Source: Candidatus Cloacimonadales bacterium (GTDB taxonomy: Bacteria; Cloacimonadota; Cloacimonadia; Cloacimonadales; JAFGVF01). From it: 64,000 bases of DNA. Below are positions 1 to 10,135 of the stretch, in pieces (the stretch's first letter is position 1; every line of letters begins with the position of its first letter). The stretch is taken from the NCBI GenBank assembly GCA_963678315.1, contig OY782781.1, positions 2,880,001-2,944,000 on the forward strand. Reading direction: 5' to 3'. Under the pieces are notes generated by a model. That model saw only the letters and a list, made by a program, of their open reading frames with translations, was not told the origin of the DNA and searched no databases. The translations under genes and the position numbers were made by a program.

Positions 1-963
1 AATAGATTCTCTAGCTGTTAAAATCATTCCTGTATAAGGAACTGCTAATCTGATAATAGCTACTAACTTTTTGAAATCATCATCAGAAACAGCATAAGGA
101 GGTTGCTCAGTAATGTCAGTATTATTAGCTGGTTCAATTCTTGGGAAGGAGATTGTATGAGGTCCTACATTATACTTCTCTTCTAAGTGAATAGTATGAT
201 AAAGCAAGCCCATCACTTCAAAACGCCAATCATATAAGCCCATTAAAGCACCGATACCTAAATCATCAATACCTGCTTCCATAGCTCTATCCAGACCATG
301 AAGTCTCCAAAGATAGTTTGATTTTGGTCCTCTTGGATGGAATTTTTTATATGATTCTTGGTGATAAGTTTCCATAAAGATTTGGTAAGTTCCAATACCT
401 GCTGACTTCACCACTTTATAACCTTCAACATCAAGTGGAGCAGCATTAATATTAACACGTCTAATCTCCCCTTTACCCTCTTTAGTTTCATAAGTTTTTA
501 GAACTGTGTCTCTAATAAACTCTGGAGAATACATTGGGTGCTCACCATAAACCATAATAAGTCTTTTATGACCTTTTGCTTCTAAAGCTCTAACTTCTTC
601 TTCTAATTGGTCCATTGTTAAAGTATCACGATGAGTCTCTTTATTAGAACATCTAAAGCCACAATATGCACAATCATTGATGCATTCATTACCAACATAC
701 AGAGGAGCAAAAAGAACTATTCTATTCCCATATATCTTCTCTTTAAGAGCTCTAGCACCTGCATAAATCTGTTCGATTAGTTCTTTATCGTTACAATTGA
801 TAAGAGTTGCTGTCTCTTCAGGACTAAGTCTATTTTTGTTTAAAGACTTATTGATAATTTCTTGAACTCGTTCTTTAGTAGGGTTTGCAGTTTTTTCTAA
901 TAAATCAAAGATTTCTTCTTCAGGGATGAAAGATTTTAAACCTTCTGTGTCAATTTTAACCAT
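1..963 (-). CDS. hydG: [FeFe]-hydrogenase H-cluster radical SAM maturase HydG (3' end runs off the window)
   Basis: Manual translation from ATG at 963: MVKIDTEG...YGNRIVLFAPLYVGNECINDCAYCGF (CxxxCxxC) ...GHKRLIMVYGEHP; GAGG RBS upstream. Not in the ORF track because no stop lies in the window. Confidence 0.9.
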   Translation of the reverse strand, partial: MVKIDTEGLKSFIPEEEIFDLLEKTANPTKERVQEIINKSLNKNRLSPEETATLINCNDKELIEQIYAGARALKEKIYGNRIVLFAPLYVGNECINDCAYCGFRCSNKETHRDTLTMDQLEEEVRALEAKGHKRLIMVYGEHPMYSPEFIRDTVLKTYETKEGKGEIRRVNINAAPLDVEGYKVVKSAGIGTYQIFMETYHQESYKKFHPRGPKSNYLWRLHGLDRAMEAGIDDLGIGALMGLYDWRFEVMGLLYHTIHLEEKYNVGPHTISFPRIEPANNTDITEQPPYAVSDDDFKKLVAIIRLAVPYTGMILTARESI

Positions 964-990
964 TGTTACCTCAATATTTATTTTTTTGTT

Positions 991-1239
991 TTATATTTTT
1001 AAGCTTGTAGATTTTACATTTACTGATGAAATCTGCCCTAACTTACCAGTAAAAGCACCTAATTCATCGTTAGTTAAGTTGATAATTACAAATATAATTG
1101 AAACATTTTTATCTGGGAATGGGTAACCAACTCGCAGAACTATTGAGTCAGCTAAGTTATGAAGAATAGATGAGACTTTGCTGAATGAGCTCTCCCTATC
1201 ATGTACAGTAATCGTAACAGTTCTAATACTTTTTTCCAT
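991..1239 (-). CDS. TM1266-family iron-only hydrogenase system putative regulator
   Basis: Small ACT-like protein (LRVGYP...LGAFTGKLGQISSVNVKS) directly upstream of hydG; likely start ATG 1239 rather than 1257. Confidence 0.8.
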   Translation of the reverse strand: MEKSIRTVTITVHDRESSFSKVSSILHNLADSIVLRVGYPFPDKNVSIIFVIINLTNDELGAFTGKLGQISSVNVKSTSLKI

Positions 1240-1436
1240 AAAAAAACTCCACCACAAGGGTGGAGCTAAAATTTATATAATAATCCTATTATAATCTTGG
1301 CTTATCTCCATCCCTTGAACTTAGTAATATTTACCTTAATCTCAGGATTTTGTAATTCTTTATAATCCAAGCAAGCAGATGTTATTCCTTTTACTTCGAT
1401 TTATTATTAAATTAATTTATTAAGTTTAAATGTCAA
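1240..1436 (-). promoter_or_regulatory. Promoter plus structured leader with terminator/antiterminator
   Basis: TTGACA at 1436-1431; hairpin CTCCACC-CTTGT-GGTGGAG plus T7 (1265-1240) abutting the ATG; alternative partner AAGGGATGGAG at 1316-1306. Confidence 0.6.
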
Positions 1437-1478
1437 TATTTATTTTATCGATTTCGATAATTATGAAGCTTTTACTAT

Positions 1479-2249
1479 CTACCAACCTGTTACTAGCAAC
1501 CTTTTGGCTGCATTAAGTCCACATTTCTGATATTTATGATAGGCTTGAGCTGCTCTAAGCCTAATTTCCTCATTAGTCTCACCAAGAATCCAGCCATCAA
1601 GAGCACTCTTTAATGTATATGCTTCTGGAGCCATATAACCTGTAGTCCATAACAGAGGGAAAGCACCAGTTTTTCTGAGATTCTCATTAAAATATATCTT
1701 ACTTTTACATGACAAGATAATAGTTTCAATATTGTTTGTTATGTTTTCATTCATATTACAATTTATTTGAAATTCCATTAATCCATCATGCCCAATATAA
1801 GCCACTAAATCTGACTTACCACCAAATGCTATATTAGTAGAATCTACAACAATAGATGTATCAAAATTCTTGTTTGAAGCATACATAAAATCGCTTATAG
1901 CCTCTTTAATATATCTTCCATCATAGGCATCTGCTAAAAGATAGGTTCCGCTATCCTTATGCTTAAAAACAATGCGTTCTAACACATGTTTCTTGGGATC
2001 TTTAATCGTTTGAAAAAGTTCCCATTCGTCACTTCTTTTGAAATAAGTTTTTACTCCATACAAAGCTCCCCAATACATGTTGTTCCTGGCATCTTGTCCA
2101 TTTCCAATCAATTCCGGGACTGGAATTATACCTTGATGAACATTGTCACAAAGTGCGACAAATACATGAATTTTACGGTATTCTCCAGCCTTAAGAATAG
2201 AAGGGACTAGAAGCAACATTACTATAACAAACCAAAACATTTTCTTCAT
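1479..2249 (-). CDS. Exported hypothetical protein
   Basis: 256 aa, signal peptide, GGAG RBS; no function recognised. Confidence 0.75.
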   Translation of the reverse strand: MKKMFWFVIVMLLLVPSILKAGEYRKIHVFVALCDNVHQGIIPVPELIGNGQDARNNMYWGALYGVKTYFKRSDEWELFQTIKDPKKHVLERIVFKHKDSGTYLLADAYDGRYIKEAISDFMYASNKNFDTSIVVDSTNIAFGGKSDLVAYIGHDGLMEFQINCNMNENITNNIETIILSCKSKIYFNENLRKTGAFPLLWTTGYMAPEAYTLKSALDGWILGETNEEIRLRAAQAYHKYQKCGLNAAKRLLVTGW

Positions 2250-2392
2250 AATATCTCCTAATACTACTTTTTTGTCATAATTTCTATGAAAACATTAGCA
2301 ACAATACTACATACATATTCAAACTCTTTTACTCTAAATTCCCTACAAATAAACAATATTTATGGTTAATTTTAGAAGCAAAAAGCTAATCT

Positions 2393-2782
2393 TTATTTCT
2401 TCTTTGTGCTATCAGGAATGTTAAAATAGCTAGCATCGAATCTATCACTACCTACCCACAAATCAATCTTAGTTCCGCTTTGAGTCCTAGTAACATCAGC
2501 ATGTTTAATTTGCCAGCCTATAAGATTAAGTCGGGCTGCTCCTAGCATATCAGCTCCACTCATGCTTCCGTAGTATTCAGCAAGTTCAGGCCGTGTACCA
2601 GTATTTAGTGCTTTAGTCATATCTTCAAGTTCTTCATCAGTACGTATGTTATTATCCACAACAGCCAGGTGCATTCCATCCTCTTCTTGATGAAGAGAAA
2701 TCACCATTCTACGTGGTTTTGATTCTAATATATAGTTAGATATTTCTCCAATAATATGGAGTAAGTATTCTTTACTTTGCAT
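2393..2782 (-). CDS. Hypothetical protein, possibly degenerate HATPase-like fold
   Basis: 129 aa, GGAG RBS, follows the DUF1576 gene; LAVVDN and SGTKIDLW are weakly reminiscent of HATPase. Confidence 0.6.
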   Translation of the reverse strand: MQSKEYLLHIIGEISNYILESKPRRMVISLHQEEDGMHLAVVDNNIRTDEELEDMTKALNTGTRPELAEYYGSMSGADMLGAARLNLIGWQIKHADVTRTQSGTKIDLWVGSDRFDASYFNIPDSTKKK

Positions 2783-2794
2783 AGTCTTATCTCC

Positions 2795-4042
2795 TTAAAT
2801 CTTTTTTGTTCCCTTAAACCATTGAATTATCGCCACAAAAAGTGTCGCTGTTAAACCACCAGCGAAACCATTATTATACAAATCTAAGCCACCGTGCCAG
2901 GCTGCACTTCGTTCTACAATGGATAAGTGAACAAAACCTGCTAATACACCTAAAACAGGTCCAAACTCTCCACTTATCGGAGCTAATGTTGTAACAAAAA
3001 GAAATGCTAAGACTGGTCCTGGAGCATTTAAATCTTTTCCATAAAGAAGGCTAGCTATAATTACGCCTAACATACAAGGCCAGACGTTTTTGAGGTGTTT
3101 ACCAAAAGTTGCAAAGCCAATGACAGTAAAAAGTCCGCCTATAACTGGACCATTCAAAGGTGCTTCGATTATTAATAGGTAAGCAGTTCCCAGGATGCCT
3201 AGTAGTCCTGCATTAACATAGGCTGCACCAGGTGACACTGAGTACATGAAATCAGTAGGTAGTCGACCAGATAATCTCATGATTTTTAGAAGGTTCCGTC
3301 CCAGTTTTTTACCATCCATTAATGCACCCCAGACAATTAACAACAAAGAAATAGCTGGAGTAAGAAGAATTAAAGCTAAATGAGCTTCAGTATTCCAGAT
3401 TACCTTAATTCCAATATCTTGTTTAGCTCCTACTAAGAAAGAAGCAAAGAACAAGGCTAAAAATCCACAGGTCAGACCAATGTTATAAAGGTTAAATCCT
3501 TCATGCATACGTAACATTGCCATACCTAAAGCAGGCAAGACGAAGCCAGCAATAATACCACACAAGATACCAAGTGCTATAGCTAAAGGTCCTGTAAAGC
3601 CTGATTCAAAGATTAAATAAGAAACTAAAGGACCTAATGCTGTTCCAAAGAGAGCAAAGAGTAAGTATGATGAAAAAGTCTTTCTACTTACCTTGCTGGC
3701 TATAAATACACCTACAACAATAGGTATTGTGTTCAAAGGTGTTTTACCAAAAAGACTGAATCCCACTACTGTGAAAAAAGCTGCGATGGTAGGTCCAGAT
3801 AGACTAACTTTACTCAATTTTATCAGTAGTAGAGTCAGAAAGCCCATTATTCCTGCATTTAGAAGTGCTCCACCGACTCCTCCAACGACAGTAAAATCAT
3901 TGATAAGCCTTGCTGCATGAGCTTGTAGACTTAGAAATCCTTTGATAGAAGGAATCAGACCATCCGAAGCAATCCCTAATATAGTAATTCCTAAAGCACA
4001 AATAATCATGAGCAAGTAGCTTTTCTTTTCATAAGCAAGCAT
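2795..4042 (-). CDS. DUF1576-type polytopic membrane protein
   Basis: Two-fold internal repeat (GFSLFGKT / GFATFGKH; GFNLYNIGLTCG / GLDLYNNGFAGG), many TM helices. Confidence 0.75.
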   Translation of the reverse strand: MLAYEKKSYLLMIICALGITILGIASDGLIPSIKGFLSLQAHAARLINDFTVVGGVGGALLNAGIMGFLTLLLIKLSKVSLSGPTIAAFFTVVGFSLFGKTPLNTIPIVVGVFIASKVSRKTFSSYLLFALFGTALGPLVSYLIFESGFTGPLAIALGILCGIIAGFVLPALGMAMLRMHEGFNLYNIGLTCGFLALFFASFLVGAKQDIGIKVIWNTEAHLALILLTPAISLLLIVWGALMDGKKLGRNLLKIMRLSGRLPTDFMYSVSPGAAYVNAGLLGILGTAYLLIIEAPLNGPVIGGLFTVIGFATFGKHLKNVWPCMLGVIIASLLYGKDLNAPGPVLAFLFVTTLAPISGEFGPVLGVLAGFVHLSIVERSAAWHGGLDLYNNGFAGGLTATLFVAIIQWFKGTKKI

Positions 4043-4282
4043 AATATTAAATATTCCTTTCTTTATACCATTTAATGCAATAAACTATACTGAAATACTG
4101 CATCAATTTGGTTAATGGTTACTATCATACTTACAAAAGTTATGGCTAAACCTAGATGATGTCAAGATTTATCAGTACATTTTTAGATACATTCAAATTC
4201 AATTAATTCATAGTTATCAAGTATATTATTCTTGACAAGTTATAAAAAGAGATGTCTTATTGCTTCAATTTTGGAGGTAAAT

Positions 4283-6727
4283 ATGAAGAAAGTGATTATT
4301 TTATTTGCTGTGTTGTTGATTATATATGGTTGTAAGGCACAAGCTAACTCAAAAAATCATGTTAACAGTTCAAATGAATCAGCTGAAGTAAAACTAAAAG
4401 AGAATGTTATTAGCTATATTGAGAAAGAAGTAGCTAAAACTGACTTCTCAAAAACAGGTGATGATTGGAATCAAGAGCAGATTAATTCAATAATGTATTA
4501 CAATACTTACCAAGGAAAATCTGTTATTAGCGGTGTTTTAAGAGATCAATTTGATAAAGCAATCCCACAAGTTAACCTAGAACTAGAGACTACTGATGGT
4601 TCATATCATTATGCCATGGGAAATTCAATTACAGCTGAAGACGGCACATTTAAATTCGAGAGTTTAACAGATAACACATACATGCTAAAAGTTTCTGGTA
4701 AATACATTAAAGACTTCGAAACAGAAAATATCGTAATTAAAAATGATAACAAAGCTCAATTAGAACTTTATGCAGAAAAGTATACTGATGATCCAAACAT
4801 AAAAAACACATTGCAAGGTCTAGTTAAATTAAAAGACGGAAAGCTTGCTGATGAATTTGAGATAGAAGTCCGTAATGTTTATGATGATAAAGAATACTCT
4901 GCAAAAACAAATAAGAAAGGTGTCTACTCCTTCGATGATATTGAGATGGGAAAATATTGTCTATCATTCGAACACCCAGCTAATTCAAGGGATTATCGTA
5001 TTGATATTGAAGTAAAAAGTGATATTGTTACTAAACATGACATTAATCTTGATAACTTAGATAATAGATATTATGAGTATGTAGTAGAAACTCTTTCAAA
5101 GACTTGTTCAATGATTAGTTCAAGTATTACACCAATGTCAACAAGTTCTGTTATGTCTATTGGAAATAATGCAATAGCGGGTGGAGCTATAGAGATGTAT
5201 TCCTCTGCTGAGAACATTGGTTTATCAGTTGGAGGAGCTAAGGACATTGATAACTTTAGACAGAATATTAAAAATAATTATATGCCTCAATCCACTGATT
5301 TAACCTATGAAGGCTTATTCTATGATTACTACTTTGATACTGATATAGAAGAGGAAGCAGAGCAACTCTTTGAGCCAAGTTATTCTTCTTCTACTTCCAT
5401 AAATCCTCTGACAAAGGAGAAAGAATATTATCTTAGCCTTGGATTGAATTCTAATATTAAAGAATCTGATTTTGAGAGAAAGAATCTTAACCTTACTGTA
5501 GTTATGGATATATCGGGTTCAATGACTTCATCTTTCAATAACTATTATTATGACAATAGAAGAAATTCTCATTATTCATACAATGAAGAAGATAAAAAGT
5601 ATGAAAACATGTCAAAGATGGAGATTGCTTGCAAGGTTCTAGCTAAAATGACAGAGCACTTAGGTCCTAAAGATAGACTAGCCATAGTCCTTTACAATAA
5701 TGGTTCAGCTTTAGCTAAGCCACTCAATCTAGTTGGAAAAACAGATATGAAAGCAATCAGACAACATATTCTCGCTTTGGAAGCAGATGGTGGTACTAAT
5801 ATGTATGCTGGTATGCAGACAGCTACTAACTTATATAAGGATTTGATCAAAGCTGATAAATCTAAATATGAAAATAGAATCATCTTCTTAACAGATGCTA
5901 TGCCTAATAGAAATATAACAGATGAACATACAATCTGGGGATACTTAAAAGCTAACGCTTCACAAGGATTATATACTTCATTCATCGGCGTAGGCGTTGA
6001 TTTCAATACTGAATTAGTTGAGTATATAACTAAAACTAAAGGAGCAAACTACTATTCTGTTCATAGCTATAGAGACTTCAATAAACGTCTCAATGAAGAA
6101 TTTGATTTTATGGTTACACCCTTAGTATTTGATTTATCCTTGGAATTTGAATCAGATAGCTTTGAAATTGAACAAGTTATCGGTTCTCCTGAAGCTAATA
6201 AGTCAACAGGTTCTATTATGTATGTCAACACTCTTTTCCCTTCTCAAAATGAAGGAGGAAAAAGTAAGGGTGGCTTAGTTCTTCTTAAACTTAAAAAGAA
6301 GAATGGTGATTCAGAGAAAATAAAACTTAAATGTAACTACAAAAATAGAGATGGTAAGTCATTCACTAATAATAAGAAGATAAATACTTTCTCAAACAAG
6401 AAAGGTAACCCACAAGGTATTAGGAAAGGAGTTCTTCTAGCTCGTTATGCAACAATGTTACAAGCATGGATTAAAGGAGAGAAAACTCTCGATGCTAACA
6501 ATGAAACTGAAGAAAATAAAGTTGATGATTGGTCTTATGGTCACAAGAAGACTAAACATCCAGGCTCTAAATGGGAAAGAAGATCACGTAGGTTATTAGT
6601 TGAAGACTACTATAAAGATAAATTTAAAAGTTTTAAACAACACCTCATCTCAGAGAATGATGTTATCAATGATAAGGATCTACAACAAGAAATAGAATTG
6701 TTAGACCTTCTTATCAAGAAAAACTAA
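4283..6727 (+). CDS. Lipoprotein with carboxypeptidase-regulatory-like Ig domains and a VWA domain
   Basis: Lipobox LIIYGC; MIDAS DISGS, GGTN, FLTD; start moved to ATG 4283 after a GGAGG RBS. Confidence 0.8.
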   Translation: MKKVIILFAVLLIIYGCKAQANSKNHVNSSNESAEVKLKENVISYIEKEVAKTDFSKTGDDWNQEQINSIMYYNTYQGKSVISGVLRDQFDKAIPQVNLELETTDGSYHYAMGNSITAEDGTFKFESLTDNTYMLKVSGKYIKDFETENIVIKNDNKAQLELYAEKYTDDPNIKNTLQGLVKLKDGKLADEFEIEVRNVYDDKEYSAKTNKKGVYSFDDIEMGKYCLSFEHPANSRDYRIDIEVKSDIVTKHDINLDNLDNRYYEYVVETLSKTCSMISSSITPMSTSSVMSIGNNAIAGGAIEMYSSAENIGLSVGGAKDIDNFRQNIKNNYMPQSTDLTYEGLFYDYYFDTDIEEEAEQLFEPSYSSSTSINPLTKEKEYYLSLGLNSNIKESDFERKNLNLTVVMDISGSMTSSFNNYYYDNRRNSHYSYNEEDKKYENMSKMEIACKVLAKMTEHLGPKDRLAIVLYNNGSALAKPLNLVGKTDMKAIRQHILALEADGGTNMYAGMQTATNLYKDLIKADKSKYENRIIFLTDAMPNRNITDEHTIWGYLKANASQGLYTSFIGVGVDFNTELVEYITKTKGANYYSVHSYRDFNKRLNEEFDFMVTPLVFDLSLEFESDSFEIEQVIGSPEANKSTGSIMYVNTLFPSQNEGGKSKGGLVLLKLKKKNGDSEKIKLKCNYKNRDGKSFTNNKKINTFSNKKGNPQGIRKGVLLARYATMLQAWIKGEKTLDANNETEENKVDDWSYGHKKTKHPGSKWERRSRRLLVEDYYKDKFKSFKQHLISENDVINDKDLQQEIELLDLLIKKN

Positions 6728-6742
6728 ATTAGTAATTAGTCT

Positions 6743-7109
6743 ATAAACTACCCTGAAAGGTTAAATTATACAAAGCCCATGATTTCAATCATGGGTTATT
6801 GTTAAAATATATTTTTTTAGTCCTGAAGGGACTTATATAATTAATTTTATATTAGAATGGCCTTACCTAGCTTTGAAAAGCTAGGCTTTGGAGAATTAAT
6901 CCTTTCAGGATAAGCTAGCATTTTGATAATACAATAAACTACCCTGAAAGGGTAAATTATACAAAGCCCATGATTTCAATCATGGGTTATTGTTAAAATA
7001 TATCTTTATAGTCCTGTAGGGACTTATAGAATTAATTTTATATTAGAAAGTACCTTCAGCACTTCCTCTAAAAATGTTATGACCTTACCTAGCTTTGAAA
7101 AGCTAGGCT
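6743..7109. repeat. Duplicated 115-bp REP-like palindrome cluster plus a second duplicated palindrome
   Basis: 6743-6857 is nearly identical to 6934-7048 (ccctgaaagg, agcccatgatttcaatcatgggtt, gtcctgaagggac); ccttacctagctttgaaaagctaggct at 6861-6887 and 7083-7109. Confidence 0.85.
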
Positions 7110-7419
7110 CTTGTCCAACAGATTTAACTAATCTAGATGATGCTTGTTGTAATTGTTCTTGCTGATTCTTACTTAAAATGTTATCCATATCAATCAAGCA
7201 ATATACAAGATCTGTACCATCATTCTTGATAAGTTCCTTGGCTTTCTTGAATATTTGCTTATAAGAGGAGTTTTGGGGTAGTTGCGGTTTAACTTTGAAG
7301 GAGTATCTCATGTAATTCTTCAAGCTAATAAAATACTCTTGTTCAGTAATTCCCTCACCAATAATTGCTATACTTGATCTCAGTTTTCTAGGAATCCTAC
7401 ACTTTCTTGCCATCATCAT
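7024..7419 (-). pseudogene. RloB/AbiLii-like protein, short, central motif missing
   Basis: IIGEGITEQEYF...VYCLIDMD TOPRIM-like start; the SNPCFExW segment expected in RloB is absent; 3' end runs into the repeat. Confidence 0.6.
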
Positions 7420-8707
7420 CTCCTAGAGCAACTAATGTTGAGCCAAGATTCGGAACAGCTCCTAACTTGCCTGATTTATATGCTTTCAAATAGCTCATAT
7501 TTTTTCTTAAATCAGAGAAATCTGCAAGTGAATATAAATCTGTTGAACCATCTCTTTGCTTATCAGTAAACCAAACAACATCTTTTCGTATCTCATCCGT
7601 ATCTGAAATAAAATCTATATTATGAGTAGTAACTATCAATTGAGACTCTGCTGAGTTTCGTAGGAAAGTATTTATGAAATGTCTTACTAAATCAGGATGT
7701 AGGCTTCCTTCTATTTCATCAATCGCCAATATATGATTTTCAATGATTAACTTACTGAGGATACCACCTAATTCAAAGTATCTTTTCGTACCATCTGATT
7801 CAGCTTCAAAGTTAAGGCTAAAGATTCCTTCTTTACCATGGTTATCAGTTTTGTGAATCATTATTAACTCTACTGTAGAAGGTTTACCATCATCTATTAC
7901 TTTTCTTTTAATATTAGCTGGAATAATGCTATTAACAATTACATCATTCAATTGATCACTAGCGGTATTTTCTTCTCTGTTGATAATTATATCACTTATA
8001 TTAAAGTCAGCTTTCTTCAAAAGATTTATGATATTCTTTTTATGGCTTGTATTCTCGTCAACACCTTGCATTGCCCAGCTTCTTAGGTCTGAGCTTTGTT
8101 TAACCATAGGCATTAAGAAATTTCTAAACCAATCAACAACATTCTGTAAAACAGGTGCCTTAACCTTAGTTACCTGCAAAGCTGATAATAAAGTCATTGT
8201 TTTTACTGTATTAGAATCTAAGGCATCTCTATCTTTCTTCACAAGCTTGACAGTCTTATGCGTGCCAAAATCAATCTTATCACCTCTTCTTTTGAATACT
8301 TCGACAGGTTGGCCCTTTGGATAGTAGTTGAGCTTTTCTTCTAGAATTTGCTCCTTATTCAAAATAAGAGAATAATGGTGTTTAACATTTCCAACAAAGA
8401 AGATAATTTCAAATTCACCTGGCATATCTCTTGTATCAGGATCAAATAAGAAAGGAGTAAAATCTGTATTTTCATCTAATCTTTTTGGATAGATTGTTTT
8501 TTGTTTTAGAAAGTCTAAAGCTCTAAGAATATTAGTCTTTCCTGAAGCATTTGAGCCAATCAGGACACCCAGCTTAAGTATTCTTGTTTTCTCATTAATC
8601 TTATAACAGTAATACTCTTCAAGTGTCTTATCTTTAGTAGCTTCAAAAGACAAAGTCATCTTCTCTTTATATGATAAGAAATTCTTTACAGAAAACTCTA
8701 ATAACAT
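7397..8707 (-). CDS. RloA/AbiLi-like AAA_21 ATPase
   Basis: MLLEFSVKNFLSY, GSNASGKTN, ESDGTKR, IDEIEGSLHP, QLIVTTH, YKSGKLGAVP; overlaps the rloB-like gene. Confidence 0.85.
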   Translation of the reverse strand: MLLEFSVKNFLSYKEKMTLSFEATKDKTLEEYYCYKINEKTRILKLGVLIGSNASGKTNILRALDFLKQKTIYPKRLDENTDFTPFLFDPDTRDMPGEFEIIFFVGNVKHHYSLILNKEQILEEKLNYYPKGQPVEVFKRRGDKIDFGTHKTVKLVKKDRDALDSNTVKTMTLLSALQVTKVKAPVLQNVVDWFRNFLMPMVKQSSDLRSWAMQGVDENTSHKKNIINLLKKADFNISDIIINREENTASDQLNDVIVNSIIPANIKRKVIDDGKPSTVELIMIHKTDNHGKEGIFSLNFEAESDGTKRYFELGGILSKLIIENHILAIDEIEGSLHPDLVRHFINTFLRNSAESQLIVTTHNIDFISDTDEIRKDVVWFTDKQRDGSTDLYSLADFSDLRKNMSYLKAYKSGKLGAVPNLGSTLVALGDDDGKKV

Positions 8708-8798
8708 ACTTTCTCCTAATTATTAGTTTGATTTATGTAGCTTTTCTACAAAATAAACAAATAAATAATGCTGTCAATAGATAATTTATTCACGCTGA

Positions 8799-9005
8799 GG
8801 ACAAGCTGGAAGCTTGTGCACCCATAATTTATTGGAGTGTAAGCATCCACCGATAGGTTGAACGTAGTTCATGCTTACGCAAAGATGGTCGCTGTATGAG
8901 TAGAATAATCACACCCTTACGGGCGTATGCCATACGCCCCTACATTAAGCAAAAACAAAGAGCTTTGGCTTTGTTAAGGCTCTCAGACCTTCTTCGGAAG
9001 GTCTT
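8799..9005. repeat. Cluster of short REP-like palindromes
   Basis: acaagctggaagcttgt; gtaagcat...atgcttac 8839-8878 (recurs at 54543 and 54956); GTAG-type gggcgtatgccatacgcccctac 8921-8943; agaccttcttcggaaggtct. Confidence 0.7.
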
Positions 9006-9026
9006 ATTTTTCTATCACAATTGGGG

Positions 9027-10067
9027 TTACATCTTCCTATAGATATATTCAATTGAAAACTTCTCTAAGCCATCCTTCCTCATTTTGTTAAGAGTATTTG
9101 AACCGATAACGCCATCAGCTGTTAAATCATTATCTCTTTGATATTGCATTAGGGCAGACTTCAACACAGAATCAAAAATGCAATCAATATCAGATGAATA
9201 ATAGCCCTTTTCTTTTAAGAATTCTTTTATTTTTTTAATGTTTTCAGACAAATCATCTACCTGTAAATATCGTCTATTAGTTACGACTGATAAAGGCATT
9301 TTATATTTATCGAATAGCTTTTCGCCAAAGGCAAGATTCTTCCAAAAGCTCCTTAATTTATCAGGAGAATATTTCTTATGATGCATATAGTTTTCGCTGT
9401 ATTCAGTAATTTCATTCTCGCTTTTATCGGCAGACCTAAAAGGGAAAATATGATATTGAATTTTACCGTATTTTGATGAATCATGGTGTCTAGAAAAGGC
9501 ATACACTGGAATAAAGTTCTTGTTTTGGAAAGAAACACAACCTATAGATACACAATTTCCATGGACACATATAGCACCACCGGTATTGCTAAAACCAGCT
9601 GTACTGGTATGTCTTTGATCAATTTGATTTGGATAATTCAGACAGATTCTAAAAGCTGAACCTTTTCCAACTTCTCCTGATTGACCTATATTATTGAGGT
9701 CCATCCACATAAACCAGTTACTACTATAATAGGCGAAATTACCATAATAAAATCCCTCAGGTGTTTTAGAATCTCCTTCTTTCAACTTAGGACCAGGCTC
9801 AAAGTCCATGGAACAAATAGGTAAAGTTAATATTAAAGACAAGCTATCTTGCTTTGCATCTTTAGACCATATTTCACACTCTCTCTCCTGCTTGAACACT
9901 CTAATAACTGTACAGTCAGGAGGATAGCTAATTTTCTTTTCAATATTAGGATGATTCTTTAAGGTTATAGAGTCCACAAGAGTCAAAATATCACTTGCTT
10001 TAGTGATGTTTTGAGAAAATAAACAAGCTGAATAAAACAAAGTGAACAATAAAATTATTTTTTTCAT
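9027..10067 (-). CDS. YkuD/L,D-transpeptidase-family protein with C-terminal peptidoglycan-binding domain
   Basis: GPKLKEGDSKTPEGFY, ICVHGNCVSIGC (His/Cys), YQRDNDLTADGVIGSNT; signal peptide. Confidence 0.85.
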   Translation of the reverse strand: MKKIILLFTLFYSACLFSQNITKASDILTLVDSITLKNHPNIEKKISYPPDCTVIRVFKQERECEIWSKDAKQDSLSLILTLPICSMDFEPGPKLKEGDSKTPEGFYYGNFAYYSSNWFMWMDLNNIGQSGEVGKGSAFRICLNYPNQIDQRHTSTAGFSNTGGAICVHGNCVSIGCVSFQNKNFIPVYAFSRHHDSSKYGKIQYHIFPFRSADKSENEITEYSENYMHHKKYSPDKLRSFWKNLAFGEKLFDKYKMPLSVVTNRRYLQVDDLSENIKKIKEFLKEKGYYSSDIDCIFDSVLKSALMQYQRDNDLTADGVIGSNTLNKMRKDGLEKFSIEYIYRKM

Positions 10068-10135
10068 AAGTCCTCGCTAAAAATCTTAGATTAGTTGATT
10101 AGTTTCTTTAAAAGCTGTTAACTCATTTACTATCC

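Noticed and set aside
1290..1400. TPP riboswitch or 6S RNA upstream of hydG
   Set aside because: CTGAGA is present but the rest of the TPP core is not; the terminator overlapping the RBS fits a cis-leader better than 6S. An Rfam scan is needed to exclude these fully.
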